From a virus (lineage: Duplodnaviria > Caudoviricetes), in IMG/VR virus record IMGVR_UViG_3300031760_000024, positions 22,827 to 86,826 of that record: a DNA stretch of 64,000 bases; one strand, given 5' to 3'. This document shows, in pieces, positions 27,395 through 38,476 of this stretch (position 1 is its first letter; each line of letters opens with the position of its first letter). The notes under the pieces were generated by a model that was not told the DNA's origin, did no database searches, and worked only from the letters and a program-made list of their open reading frames with translations. The translations under genes and the position numbers were made by a program.

Positions 27395-30300
27395 TTATTC
27401 TCCTTCGCTAAAAATAATAGTGTCGCCATCAGACGTCTCAAGCACATCACCGTCAGATGTCTCAATAGCATTCGGATCAGTGCCGAATTGCCACGGCATC
27501 CATACACCGTTGATCTTACCCCAGACATTTGTTACAACACCATTAGAGTATTTCATATATATGTTCCCATTTACGCCAAGTGAAGCGGATGGGTTTGTTG
27601 TACCATATAAATTTGCACACGTTGTTGAGATAACATTGGTTGGAGAGATAGTAATGTTCTCGCCCGGAGTCAGTTTATCTTGCTTCTTATCTAAGTCGGC
27701 TTCAATATCCGCCACATCACTAATCGGGACAGTGTCACCATTTGACTTCCGTACCTCAACGTTATTACCAAGCATGATTTGGTCACCGTTAAAAGCGACG
27801 CCATAACCGCCTTCCTGACCATTACCACCAAATACAAACTCTCCGGTATTCAGGTCAATGTGACTACCTTTGTATACACCATTGCCATTATCAGACCAGT
27901 TCTCACTGTATATCTGACCAGCTATCATAAGTCCGGCAATTAACGCATCAGCCCTTACGCCGTATGTTGTTTTCTGTTCGCCATTCAGCGTGTACAATAT
28001 CTTACCAATGGCAGCTTTAACATGCTCCCAATTATCCTCTGTGAATTCCAACGTGTTACTGTTCATACGTAACTGTTCTGGTGAGTCCTTGCCTTCAATG
28101 TCGTCGTAATCCCTAAACAACATACCGTGTTCATCTATCACTACACGACTATTTGCTCCTGCAAGGATGTTATAGGTTGATGCGTCAACACCATCGTTCT
28201 TCATCTGTGTTACATCTGCATTTGCTTCATCACCCTGTTTTGCCTGATGTACCACATGGTTATATGAGCCAGCCATAGACTGTGCAGAACTCAATACCTT
28301 GTTTACATCATCAGCGATAGACATCATGCGATCCACATTAGAGAATGTGAACGTGATGGATTCAGGGCTACTATATGTGTAACTAACAGAGATAAGTCTC
28401 ATCTTGTACAGTTCGCCATCTGCCTCGGCAACAAGCCAGTCGCCTATATCAAACTTACCCTTGAAGTCCTTAAACTCTTTCAGGTTGAGCATGTTGTTAA
28501 TGGTTATAGAAAGCGTGAGTTCGATCTCACTTGCTTTAATAGCTTCATCCTGAGCAACCTCAAAGAATTCTCTCGCCTTATTTACCAACTCCGTGTTTTC
28601 GAGGTCGGTGGATATATAATTAGAGTTAGTGTATTCACCCTCCTTACGGTACATGCTCCATATCTTATAGAGGTCATCACCGAGAAATGCTACGAAGTCG
28701 AGTTCGTCTTCAATTGCTTTGCGTTGCTCATCAATAGCATCACGCAATTCTTCCTGTGTTGTAACCTGATCCGCACGTTTATCCATCTCTTTCTGTATAT
28801 AGCCAATCTTACGGTAATACGGTAGATACATATCTTCACGCAGGTTGAGTCCGAAGTAGTCTGTGGTCTCGGCAGCCTCATTCTTAGAAAGCGTTTCGCA
28901 CACCGCAGAGTAGCTGTTATAAAACGATTTAAGTCGTTCCAAACTGTACTTAGTGAGTTCTTCTTTAAACTGATCCTCATCCTTAATATCAAATAGAGTA
29001 GTAAGCCCGTAATCTGTGCGGTCTAACTGCTTAAGTATCTTTTGATGTAAGAACGTTTCATACGTGGAATCATCACCAATGATGGTAACTCCAACAGGAC
29101 TACTAATCGCTTGCCACTTTTCCTCGGTGTCTTTCTTGATGTCTTCATCAGTAGCACCAAGACTCTTTACCAACAGTCTGCCAGTCCATGTACGGCTCTT
29201 GGTAGATTTGTTATAGTCAGATAACTTGACGTTATTCTCATCGTAAATCTCAACTGTATAACGTGGATCAATTAACGCACGAGAATATGTCTTTACCGCA
29301 TTAGTGGCAGTATAAGCAGTAGCATGTTCACTGTCCTTTACCGCTACAGTTTCCTTGTCAGTGGAGCGTGTAAGTAAACTAACCAATAACTGTAATTGTT
29401 CCTTTGCCGTCGTCTCACCCGGAATCGGTGTCTCAGGCATCATGGTGTGTTCCAAATCCAGTATTGCATCCACATACCCATACCACTCATCTGTGAGAGT
29501 AGCATATGTTGGTTGCAAAGATTTATACAGTGTATTGTAATCATTTATCTTATCTACCAGTGCAGGAGGCATGTCGTGTAACATTGCATCTGAGAAGTGA
29601 TAGATATACCGTGAACCATTCGGATTCACATTGATTACGGTAGCAGTCATCAGATCATCTCCGGCAGTTAACCGTAAGCAGTTCTTGACGTTATCCGTAT
29701 CACCGCTAACGTTGATCTCCGTGGCATAGTTCTCGGTGCTTAAAAAGATACCAGTTCGATCCCCGTATCCTTCAATAAAAGAAGTGCCTCCACATTTGGG
29801 GCACTTATCTACCTTTGAATGACGGTAACCACACTGCTCACATTTATTATAAAGATCATAAGCGTTCACGGTTCTGTTAACACTGTCGAACGTGAACAAG
29901 CAATTGATTTCTTTACCAACCGTATTCGTGAGGAAGTCATATACCGCAGTATTATCGCAACTGTATGTACGCTGAATATTGGCAATCGTGGAATCCACAT
30001 GACCAATACTCCAGTCAGGACATTTATCTGCTAACACACGGTGCAGGAGAGAAGACCGTTTCTTCTTCTTAATCAAATCGGGCGAATCAGTTGGAGAAAT
30101 CGGACGATATAACACGGTAGCGGTATACCATTCAGTTTGACCATCCAGCAGATCACTTTCTTTATCCTTTGTATCGTACTCGAAATCTACTACACCCTTT
30201 GGGTCTTTCTCAACCGCCTTACCATCTTCAACGCCATATTTGCCAACATACAAAATATCAGTTTCGTCATTACAATGGAAGTCGTTCAGTTTACGGTTAC

Positions 30301-30628
30301 CCAGTTCGACTTCTCCAGCTGTCTTTGCTGTGACGTGCTTTACTGTGTTGTCCGTGTCATCAATGGTTACATATATCTCGTAATACGCTTTATGGTCTGG
30401 GATATAGATATATCTGAAACTAACAATCTCATCCCACAGACCACACTCTTTGCCATCCCAGTATTTGTTAACGTCAAATGACACCTCGTCTACCGAGTTC
30501 ATGTTAAATACTACATTGAGTCCTTCCGGTATATTGGTGATCGTACCAAGATGCTTATGCCATGTGGTAGACAGGATCACCAGTGGGTTCTCAATCTCGT
30601 ATGCCATGTCATAACTAAATTTACGCAT
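27395..30628 (-). CDS. Baseplate hub / Tal-like minor tail protein
   Basis: 1077-aa ORF directly after the Dit-like gene; coiled-coil core; internal CxxC..CxxC; C-terminal GTTNPSASLGVNGNIY fibre motif. Confidence 0.75.
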   Translation of the reverse strand: MRKFSYDMAYEIENPLVILSTTWHKHLGTITNIPEGLNVVFNMNSVDEVSFDVNKYWDGKECGLWDEIVSFRYIYIPDHKAYYEIYVTIDDTDNTVKHVTAKTAGEVELGNRKLNDFHCNDETDILYVGKYGVEDGKAVEKDPKGVVDFEYDTKDKESDLLDGQTEWYTATVLYRPISPTDSPDLIKKKKRSSLLHRVLADKCPDWSIGHVDSTIANIQRTYSCDNTAVYDFLTNTVGKEINCLFTFDSVNRTVNAYDLYNKCEQCGYRHSKVDKCPKCGGTSFIEGYGDRTGIFLSTENYATEINVSGDTDNVKNCLRLTAGDDLMTATVINVNPNGSRYIYHFSDAMLHDMPPALVDKINDYNTLYKSLQPTYATLTDEWYGYVDAILDLEHTMMPETPIPGETTAKEQLQLLVSLLTRSTDKETVAVKDSEHATAYTATNAVKTYSRALIDPRYTVEIYDENNVKLSDYNKSTKSRTWTGRLLVKSLGATDEDIKKDTEEKWQAISSPVGVTIIGDDSTYETFLHQKILKQLDRTDYGLTTLFDIKDEDQFKEELTKYSLERLKSFYNSYSAVCETLSKNEAAETTDYFGLNLREDMYLPYYRKIGYIQKEMDKRADQVTTQEELRDAIDEQRKAIEDELDFVAFLGDDLYKIWSMYRKEGEYTNSNYISTDLENTELVNKAREFFEVAQDEAIKASEIELTLSITINNMLNLKEFKDFKGKFDIGDWLVAEADGELYKMRLISVSYTYSSPESITFTFSNVDRMMSIADDVNKVLSSAQSMAGSYNHVVHQAKQGDEANADVTQMKNDGVDASTYNILAGANSRVVIDEHGMLFRDYDDIEGKDSPEQLRMNSNTLEFTEDNWEHVKAAIGKILYTLNGEQKTTYGVRADALIAGLMIAGQIYSENWSDNGNGVYKGSHIDLNTGEFVFGGNGQEGGYGVAFNGDQIMLGNNVEVRKSNGDTVPISDVADIEADLDKKQDKLTPGENITISPTNVISTTCANLYGTTNPSASLGVNGNIYMKYSNGVVTNVWGKINGVWMPWQFGTDPNAIETSDGDVLETSDGDTIIFSEGE

Positions 30629-30629
30629 T

Positions 30630-31424
30630 CTACAATCCCACCTTCCTTATACCTCGATAGGAGAGGGTAATCGTACAATCGCCTTCGACAGTAAACACGT
30701 TCTTGTAATCACCGTATTGATTACACAGGCGTGGGAATTGATAGTTGAAGTCGGACGAAAAGTCATGAGTAGTATTCGTTGACGTGATCTGTTTTGTATC
30801 TCCTCCGATGATCGTGATGACTTCACCGTCAATACAATTCTGAATCTCTGTTTCACGATTCTCGTAGGCATTAGTGATTCGTACGGTTCCGCCGCCTTGT
30901 TTTGTGATAACTACATCAGGATAGATATATCCTTCCTCGTCAGTTCTCACATACACAGTGTGCGGTTCAGAATTGTTCGTCCACGCTTGTTTTATTTCAC
31001 GAGTGAGTCCATATGGGCGATTTGATTCAACATGCAGCACAAGACCAATGATATCAGTACCGTATGCTTTCTTATCCATAGTGATACGTACCTCATGCCA
31101 TATCTCATCCTGCCCGATTTCATCTACCCATCTGAACCATTTATATTCTTTACGGCACAGCCATCGTGCCATCTCTGATATTTCATCATTTGTTAGATTG
31201 AGATCGCCGTCAGAACACGGGTTCTTCATGATCTCAATATCAACATGATAGTTTTCTGAATAAGGAGTGGCTACCTTATGGCTCAAATCAGATCGTGCTG
31301 CTTTCACGGTGGTGTATTCCATGCCGGATACAACACCATCTTCATCCTGCACACCGTCATGGATTATGATGTAACCCAAGTCGGAGAGTGCAATGTTATC
31401 AAAGACAAAATTCTCTTCGGTCAT
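30630..31424 (-). CDS. Distal tail (Dit-like) protein
   Basis: Position after the TMP; NFVFDNIALSDLG, RWLCRKEYKW, FPRL..G...N..TV motifs. Confidence 0.75.
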   Translation of the reverse strand: MTEENFVFDNIALSDLGYIIIHDGVQDEDGVVSGMEYTTVKAARSDLSHKVATPYSENYHVDIEIMKNPCSDGDLNLTNDEISEMARWLCRKEYKWFRWVDEIGQDEIWHEVRITMDKKAYGTDIIGLVLHVESNRPYGLTREIKQAWTNNSEPHTVYVRTDEEGYIYPDVVITKQGGGTVRITNAYENRETEIQNCIDGEVITIIGGDTKQITSTNTTHDFSSDFNYQFPRLCNQYGDYKNVFTVEGDCTITLSYRGIRKVGL

Positions 31425-31441
31425 AAGACATTCCTCCTTTC

Positions 31442-31747
31442 CTAATTGATTGCCTTCACCACCTCGGTTACGGCTTTGTTGTATTTCTTTATTATTTTGC
31501 TATCATTCTGACGAAGTTTAAAAAGTAGCTTTTGATATTGCTCCCTACAATCACGAAGATCTAGCAATAACTCATGGTATTCAGCCATCGTCTCATCAAT
31601 TACTTTCTCTTTGTCAGACCATTCTTTTTCCTTTAATTTCCACATTAATTCACTATCTTTATATTTTTGTATCTCGGCTTTAAGAGAATCGTTCTCTTTT
31701 TCAAGCCGCTCAATTCTCTTTTCGAGACGTTGTTCTTTCATAATCAC
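31442..31747 (-). CDS. Coiled-coil hypothetical protein
   Basis: 101-aa heptad-rich ORF between the TMP and Dit genes, with AGGAG RBS. Confidence 0.7.
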   Translation of the reverse strand: MIMKEQRLEKRIERLEKENDSLKAEIQKYKDSELMWKLKEKEWSDKEKVIDETMAEYHELLLDLRDCREQYQKLLFKLRQNDSKIIKKYNKAVTEVVKAIN

Positions 31748-31802
31748 TAATCTCCTTAATAGAAGAGGAGCGGGTGTCTTACCCGCCCCCCATATCTATA
31801 TA

Positions 31803-34800
31803 TTAATAGTTACCACGATTCAGCTTGCCTTTCCCAAGACTTTGACCGAGTGTGGTAGCCTGAATAAAGTTTGTAAACTTCGGGTCTTTCTGCAATGCAG
31901 TCTTAAACTCATCGTAATTCTTAACATTTGGCAATACGATTGTGATGTCATTATCGTTATTTACAGTACGTGCAGAAGCAGCAACAGCATTTGCACCAAG
32001 AATGGAAGGATTCTTTGCAATATCCCATAACTGTTTTGTCATATCATTTGTAAATACCATATCACCAGTATTTAAACGCGTAAGCATTGCTCCGTCAGAC
32101 TTACGATAAATAAGTTCTGATCCATTTTCTTGAGTCCATGCAATTTGATTTGACTTAATTCCGCTAGAACCAGTGGCATATCCTTTGATTTTCTTTGATG
32201 CTCCAGCCTCAAGCCCACTCATGACCAGATATCCATCCTTATCAAATGTATATTCTACGCCATCAATTGTATAGGTTGCGTCCTTTGCATACCAAGTAGA
32301 ATCGCCATACCACCAGCCCTTGGATGTCTTATGCCATTGCGCCATTTCACCAGACTTTGTGCCATTCTTGCCAAACCAATAACCACCAGAATATTGGTTA
32401 GTTACCATATATCCTTCATCATCAAAATGGTAGAACTTGCCACCAATTTCAACTGTTTCGTTTTTGGCATAAGAGCCATCGTCATATTGATACCAATATC
32501 CTTTGCTATTCTTACGCCAATTACCGCTGATACGACCAGTTCCCTCAGAATCAACAACATTCTTTGCATTCTTACCAAAGGCTAATTCATAAACTGCATC
32601 CTTAATATCCTTAATTGTAAGTATAGCGTCTGCCATCTTATCATTAAAGTCTTTATTAAAAGCACTTACCATTTCGCCCTCGCCGTCAAGAATATTCTGT
32701 GTCTCTTCGGAAATATCGTAACCATATTGTTCGGAAACTTCTTTGAGAGTATTGTTGATAAGCTCACTATTGGAATTGATATAACCAATCATATCTTCCA
32801 TAAGTTTATCAATGTCCTTCAGTCTTTCATTTAGAGTTTCCTCATACTTCTCATACATATCATCAAGCAGTTTTCCTGTTTCCTCAATGTATTTGTCCCA
32901 TTCGGTTTCTTTCAAACCTTCTTCGGCTTCTTTAAGAGATTGCGCTAAACGCTGAATAGTTGCTCTTGCTTCTTCGGAATCATCGCCGCGATATGCTTCG
33001 AGTTGTTTCTGTAAATCAGCAATGTTCTTTGTCTGTTGAGAAATATTCTTTGAATATTCATAAGCAGACTTTGCATTTGATAATGTTTCTTTATACTTAT
33101 CAATAAGTTTCTGTAACATTTCAAGATGCTTTGTGATTGCCTGACTTACCAAATCCTTGATAGCCTCTTTTTCCTGCTCTGCAGCCTTGATAGAATCTTG
33201 CTGAAGTTTCAACAAAGACTCACGACGTTCAATAAGATTCTTATCTACAACGCCATTTTTCTCCATCTCATCAGCAATCTCTTTTTCAATATCAGCCATC
33301 TCTTTTGCATATTCTTTTGACTTCTGCATATAAACATCATATTCAGTAGCCATAAGACCTGCACTTGCCCAACCACGACCATTGAATTTTCCGTTTTCCT
33401 CAATAAGATCATGCTGATCTAACATGTCAATTAAGAATTCAGCTTCATCAGTGATCAAGCCCAGACGATCAAGCCAATAATCAAATGCATCCCATTTGAG
33501 TTGACGAATCTCATTATTGAGTTTCTGGACAGAAGTAGCAGAAGCTTCGATTTCTTTACGCATAGCCATGATGGTTTGTGTCATCTCTGTATATGCCTCG
33601 GAACCAAGCTCAATTGCTCCAGTTTCCACCGCTTTGTCACGAGCCGCAACAAGTTTCTTATACTCTTCAATACGATGTTGGTTAGCTTCCTTCTCAAGTT
33701 GAATCTGTTGCTGATAATACTTCTGATTCACAAAGTATCCATGTTCTTGACTGCGGCTAATACGCTCATCAACAATATCTGACAAATCAGTAAAACCTTG
33801 AATAATCGCATCAAACTCTGATTTAATATGATCAAATCTGGTTTTGTTTAAATCACCAAGCTTAATCTTGTCGTCCTGAATAGCGTCTCCTGCGTCAACA
33901 GCTTTTTGATATAATTCTATATACTGATTAATGGTTTCAACAAGGTATTTGTTTTGTATCTGTTCAATATCATTTTTCCCAATCTTGCCTTCACGCACAA
34001 GCTTTTGATACTTACCAGAATTCCATTCCTCAATAGCCTTATCCCATTGCTGTTGATCATAATCATATTGTTTCTTGCTACCAGAATCTTCCTCATTCGG
34101 AGCGACATTAACATCTTCAACCTTCAGCTTATTTGCGTTTTCAAGATAACGCTTATAGGCATGCTCATGAACACCCATTTCCTCTGTAACTTTATCAAGC
34201 TCTTTAACAAGCGCTTTGTTACGGTCACTCCAATCTTCATAGGTATTGTTCATGGTTTTGTCAAGACGAGCAATAGCTTCATCAAGACGTTGGATTTTCT
34301 TTTCTATCCAGTCGAATGTTTCTTTAGTGTCTTCTTGAAGTTTACTTTTGCTACCATTACTGTTGCTTCCGTTACTAGAAGAAGAGGAGGAGGAACCACT
34401 TGGCTTAGAATAATGAGCACCAGCAATTTTAGAACCAACTTGATAACTAATACTCGGCACATAAATTTGCCCAGCAGTTGTCATGGTTTTATATGCTTGT
34501 TCACCTGCTTGAGCACCATACTGTTGTTTTAACTCTTGTAATGCGTTGCCATTATATGTTTTAATATCTACTGGCACCATATCTATTTTTGGCACAACGC
34601 CAATACCAGCCAAGATATTATTCATACTTTCTTGGGTAATTAGACCCATCTTAATCATGTGATTAAGACCTTCAATTACATTCTTATCATTAAATGTTGT
34701 ACCAATTTCAAGGCTGTCAAGATCAACGCCATCAATTAAAGCATTAATTTCATCACGTATACCGTTTATTGCTGAGGGATCGACATTTTGAATTTCAATT

Positions 34801-37800
34801 TGAGCAATTATTTGTTTTGATGCTTCACGCCTCAATTCATTAATTGCATCAACATCTCCATATGCGGCTTGGCGAATCATATCTAAATGTTCAATGATAA
34901 ACGATTCATCAAAATTAAAATCAAAATCACCGATCTTATTACCTTCGGCATCAATAAGTGTGAACATATCCTTTAATGTTGATTTAATTAAATCAATTCC
35001 ATCAAGATATCCTTGCCCAGCTGTTTCACCAGTTTCTAATGCGCTCCCATATAATCTAAACGCATCATTTAACCTAGACATACCACTTAATAATTGCTTG
35101 TTAGCCTTATTTAATCTCGTGGTAACAACAGCGTCGGCGTTTGTAATACCCATTGCCTCCAACTGTTCTTTTGCCCATTCTTGATTTGATTCATTTAAAT
35201 TATCCAGAACTTTTGTCTGATCAATATACGAATTAATTAAAGTGTCAATTGCTTTTTGAGCTGCGTCTGCATCATTAGGAAACTGTATCATAGTTTCTTC
35301 AAACTGCTTTAACGCAGTATTCATAGCCTTCGCCGCTTCATCATCAGATAAGAGTGAAATGTAATTATTAAATGCAGATTCAACAGAGTTAAGTAGTGCG
35401 GGGTCTGCGGCACCAACAGCTAAATCATTCGTATCGCTTTGTTTTAAGACAGTCCCATCTTCAGAAAGATATTTCTTATCCTTTTTCATCGCAAGCTGAT
35501 TCTTGACTGTTTGTTCCCATAGGTCTCCGAGACTTGCGACAGCAGTCTTCATATCTGCCATCGAATCAACCATTTTATCTGCATTAAAAGATAAGTCTAT
35601 TGGATGTGCATTAGCTTCAGCTTGTGCTTCTTCAATAATTTTGTATATGGTTTCTTTTGTAACAGCCCTCATATCTGTTTCATCTAACTTCAATTTGAGC
35701 TGTACCTTTTCATCCATAGATAATTTAGCGTATTCATCTTTTAGGATTTTTGATACTTCTTTATTCTTCTCTGCATAATCTCTAAACCATTCGTTTATAG
35801 ATTGACTTTTGCCACCAAGAATACTATTAAAGATATTATCATATCCTTCACGAAGACTATCACCGGGATTATATTCACGAATGCGCTCCTCAACTTCTTC
35901 TAAATTATTAGCGGCTTCGTCTAATGCTTCTTTGGTTTCTTGATTTGCATCAGATTCATATGCTTTAAGAGCTTTATTGTATTCAGTAACAGCGTCTTTG
36001 GCATCTTCTTCAAGACTATTTACAGAATCATTGGTATCATAAGCCATTTGAGCACGAACAGTATTTTCGAGCATCGTGATCATATTCTGATATTCTGTCG
36101 GGTCAAAATCTAATTTATTGATCGCATTTTCTATTGACATCACAAGATTTGTTTGTGCCTGTGTCCACTGTGTTTCATCAGACCCAAGTTGTTCTCGAAC
36201 ATCTTGTAATAAATCAGTTAACTGTTCATATGCTTCTTTTTTTGTTGTACCTTCGGCTATTAATATCCCTGAGCCATATTCTCCACCACTGGGGCCGTAA
36301 GGATCCCACCCGTTACCGTTCCATTCTGATAAGGCTGAATACTTTTTCAGAATGTCGTCCATTCGTATACCAGTAGTATTTAAATTTTTTCTTTTATTAC
36401 CAATATATAAATCTTTAAAAACATCTTCAAGAAAACGATCATCACTACCGACAGTGGCATTTATATAATCATTGGCTCTATCAATATCAGTAAGACCATA
36501 CTCATCTTGCTTTAATACGCCCTCTTTGCCGTATAAATAATCTCTTGCCTTGCTTCTATTAATATTTTCCAATAATTCTAATTGTTCTTGATATTTCCCA
36601 TTTACAAGATCAATATTTTCTGCCTCTGTCCCATATGATTCAACTAAACTATCTTGTATTCCAAGAAGTTCTTCTTTTAAAGATAATTCTTCGTCTATTG
36701 AAAGATTAGAATCTTTTAACTTTTCATGAAGCTCCTTATACTTATTTGTTAAATCACCTACATTTTTTGATGTTTCCTTATATGCAGCGGATGCTTCTTT
36801 AAGGTGGTTGATAGATTCTTCTGCTCTCTGATTCTTTGCATTATCAGTAAGCCAGTTGTCCCATATCCATTTACCAGCAGATATAATCAAGTTAGTTGCT
36901 TCGGCAGCAATATACCCAATAACTCCGCCTACAACTGCACCAGCCAAAGATGACAATAATGACTTGCCGACATCTAAAATAGACCTGCCAAGTTTTTTTA
37001 ACCCAGAACTAAATTTAATGCAATATGCTTCCGATAATTTTTGTCCTTCTTTGATTATGTTATTATTCTCTGTCCATGCTCTGCCGTATGCTTTTGCACT
37101 TTCAGTAACATTTCCTATATTATCGGCAAGACTATCCATTTGTTCTGCGCTAATATTACCGCCTTGCTCATCATATACTTCTTGTACTTTATCAAGATAG
37201 TCTAAATTAGATTGGTTTTTAATATCTGGACTTCCTTGGAAGAAGTTTTTAATACTGTTTCCCATTTTTGGGATAAATTTAAAACCACTTTGCCAGCCTT
37301 TCATACCACCAATAATGGCGCCAACGCCAATTAAGGCGGTTCCAAGCATTCCGACTTTATCTATAATGTCTCCAAGACCTTCCGAGATTTGAGTCAAAAA
37401 ATCAATAAAATTCTTAAACGAATCACGATTAACAGTATCTTGTAATACGCCAACCCATGTCTGCTTTAATGCGTTTAATTTGTATTCTATTGAATCTTGA
37501 ATAATGCTCATCTCTTTATCGGCAGAGCCAGCCGCACCTTCCATTGTTTCAAGTGCTCGTTCTACTTCAGAAAAATCAGATAATATTCCTGCAAGTACCT
37601 GACCTCCACGTTTACCAGCAATTGTCTCTAATAACGATGCTTGATTCTTATCTGTTAACTGATCCCATATTTCAGAAATTTCTTTCAAAAATTGATATGT
37701 ACTCTTATATGTTGTTTTTGTTTTATCCGTAAATAAAGAAATACCTTGTGGAGTAGAAGCTGTCTTGGTTAAGTCTGCTATTTTGCCTTTTATTACTTCA

Positions 37801-38199
37801 TAATCTTCAAGTGCTTCTTCTGTTTCTTCATCAAGACCTCTAATTCTCATTGAAACGGTACGAAATGCAGTGCCAGTCGTTTCCGCGTTTCTAGTAATTT
37901 CAACAGCGGCACTCTCCAGAGCTATCGTTTCTTCAAGTGAATTGTTGGCGGCTTTCATAGCAGCAGAAGAGCGGGTGAGCATTTCACCAATCTCGGCATT
38001 AGTCGTAGCAAAAGTATTACCAATCTTGTTAACATTATCCATTATCTTACGTTCAACATCATCGACAGCTATACCATATGCTTGCATAGTCGAAACAAGA
38101 TAATCGGTTGCATTATCCGTAGTCATGCCGGGAGATATACTTGTAAATTGAGAACTTAATTCAGCCATTCTAGTTGCGGCTTCGTTACTTGAGTAACCT
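31803..38199 (-). CDS. Tape measure protein, exon 2 (C-terminal choline-binding-type repeats)
   Basis: Continues the TP901-type TMP core (GYSSNEAA..MAELS..NTFATTNAEIGE..RGGQVLA); YWY..DGSYAKNET repeats near the C-terminus. Confidence 0.9.
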
Positions 38200-38476
38200 C
38201 GTTTTGTTACTTTTTGCTTTCGCAAAAGGGTAGGTCATTTCTGCCTACCTCTGCAATTTTATTAGACTTGCGTCTATCGATTATATTTGCAGACCAGACC
38301 ATACCTTTATCCTATAAAGGATACCCCCGTATGTCTAATCGTTGCCTTTTAGACTGTGGTCGTTGCGGGACGTGTTTTACATAACACATTACCCTCATGA
38401 TTATCCATCTCTGGACTTCCCATGATTTGAGAGGGTGTTTACCTATACGTTGCCATATAGGGGGCCTATTTTGTTA
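38200..38476 (-). ncRNA. ORF-less group I intron (277 nt) in the tape measure gene
   Basis: Exon 1 ends ...AGGCU and the intron ends ...AAAACG; joining gives WSRL|GYSSNE in frame. Core elements AUCAUGGGAA/AUCAUGAG (P4), GCAACGACCA and AAGGUAUGGUC (P7), CCCCC/GGGGG (P3), P9 hairpins. Confidence 0.88.
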
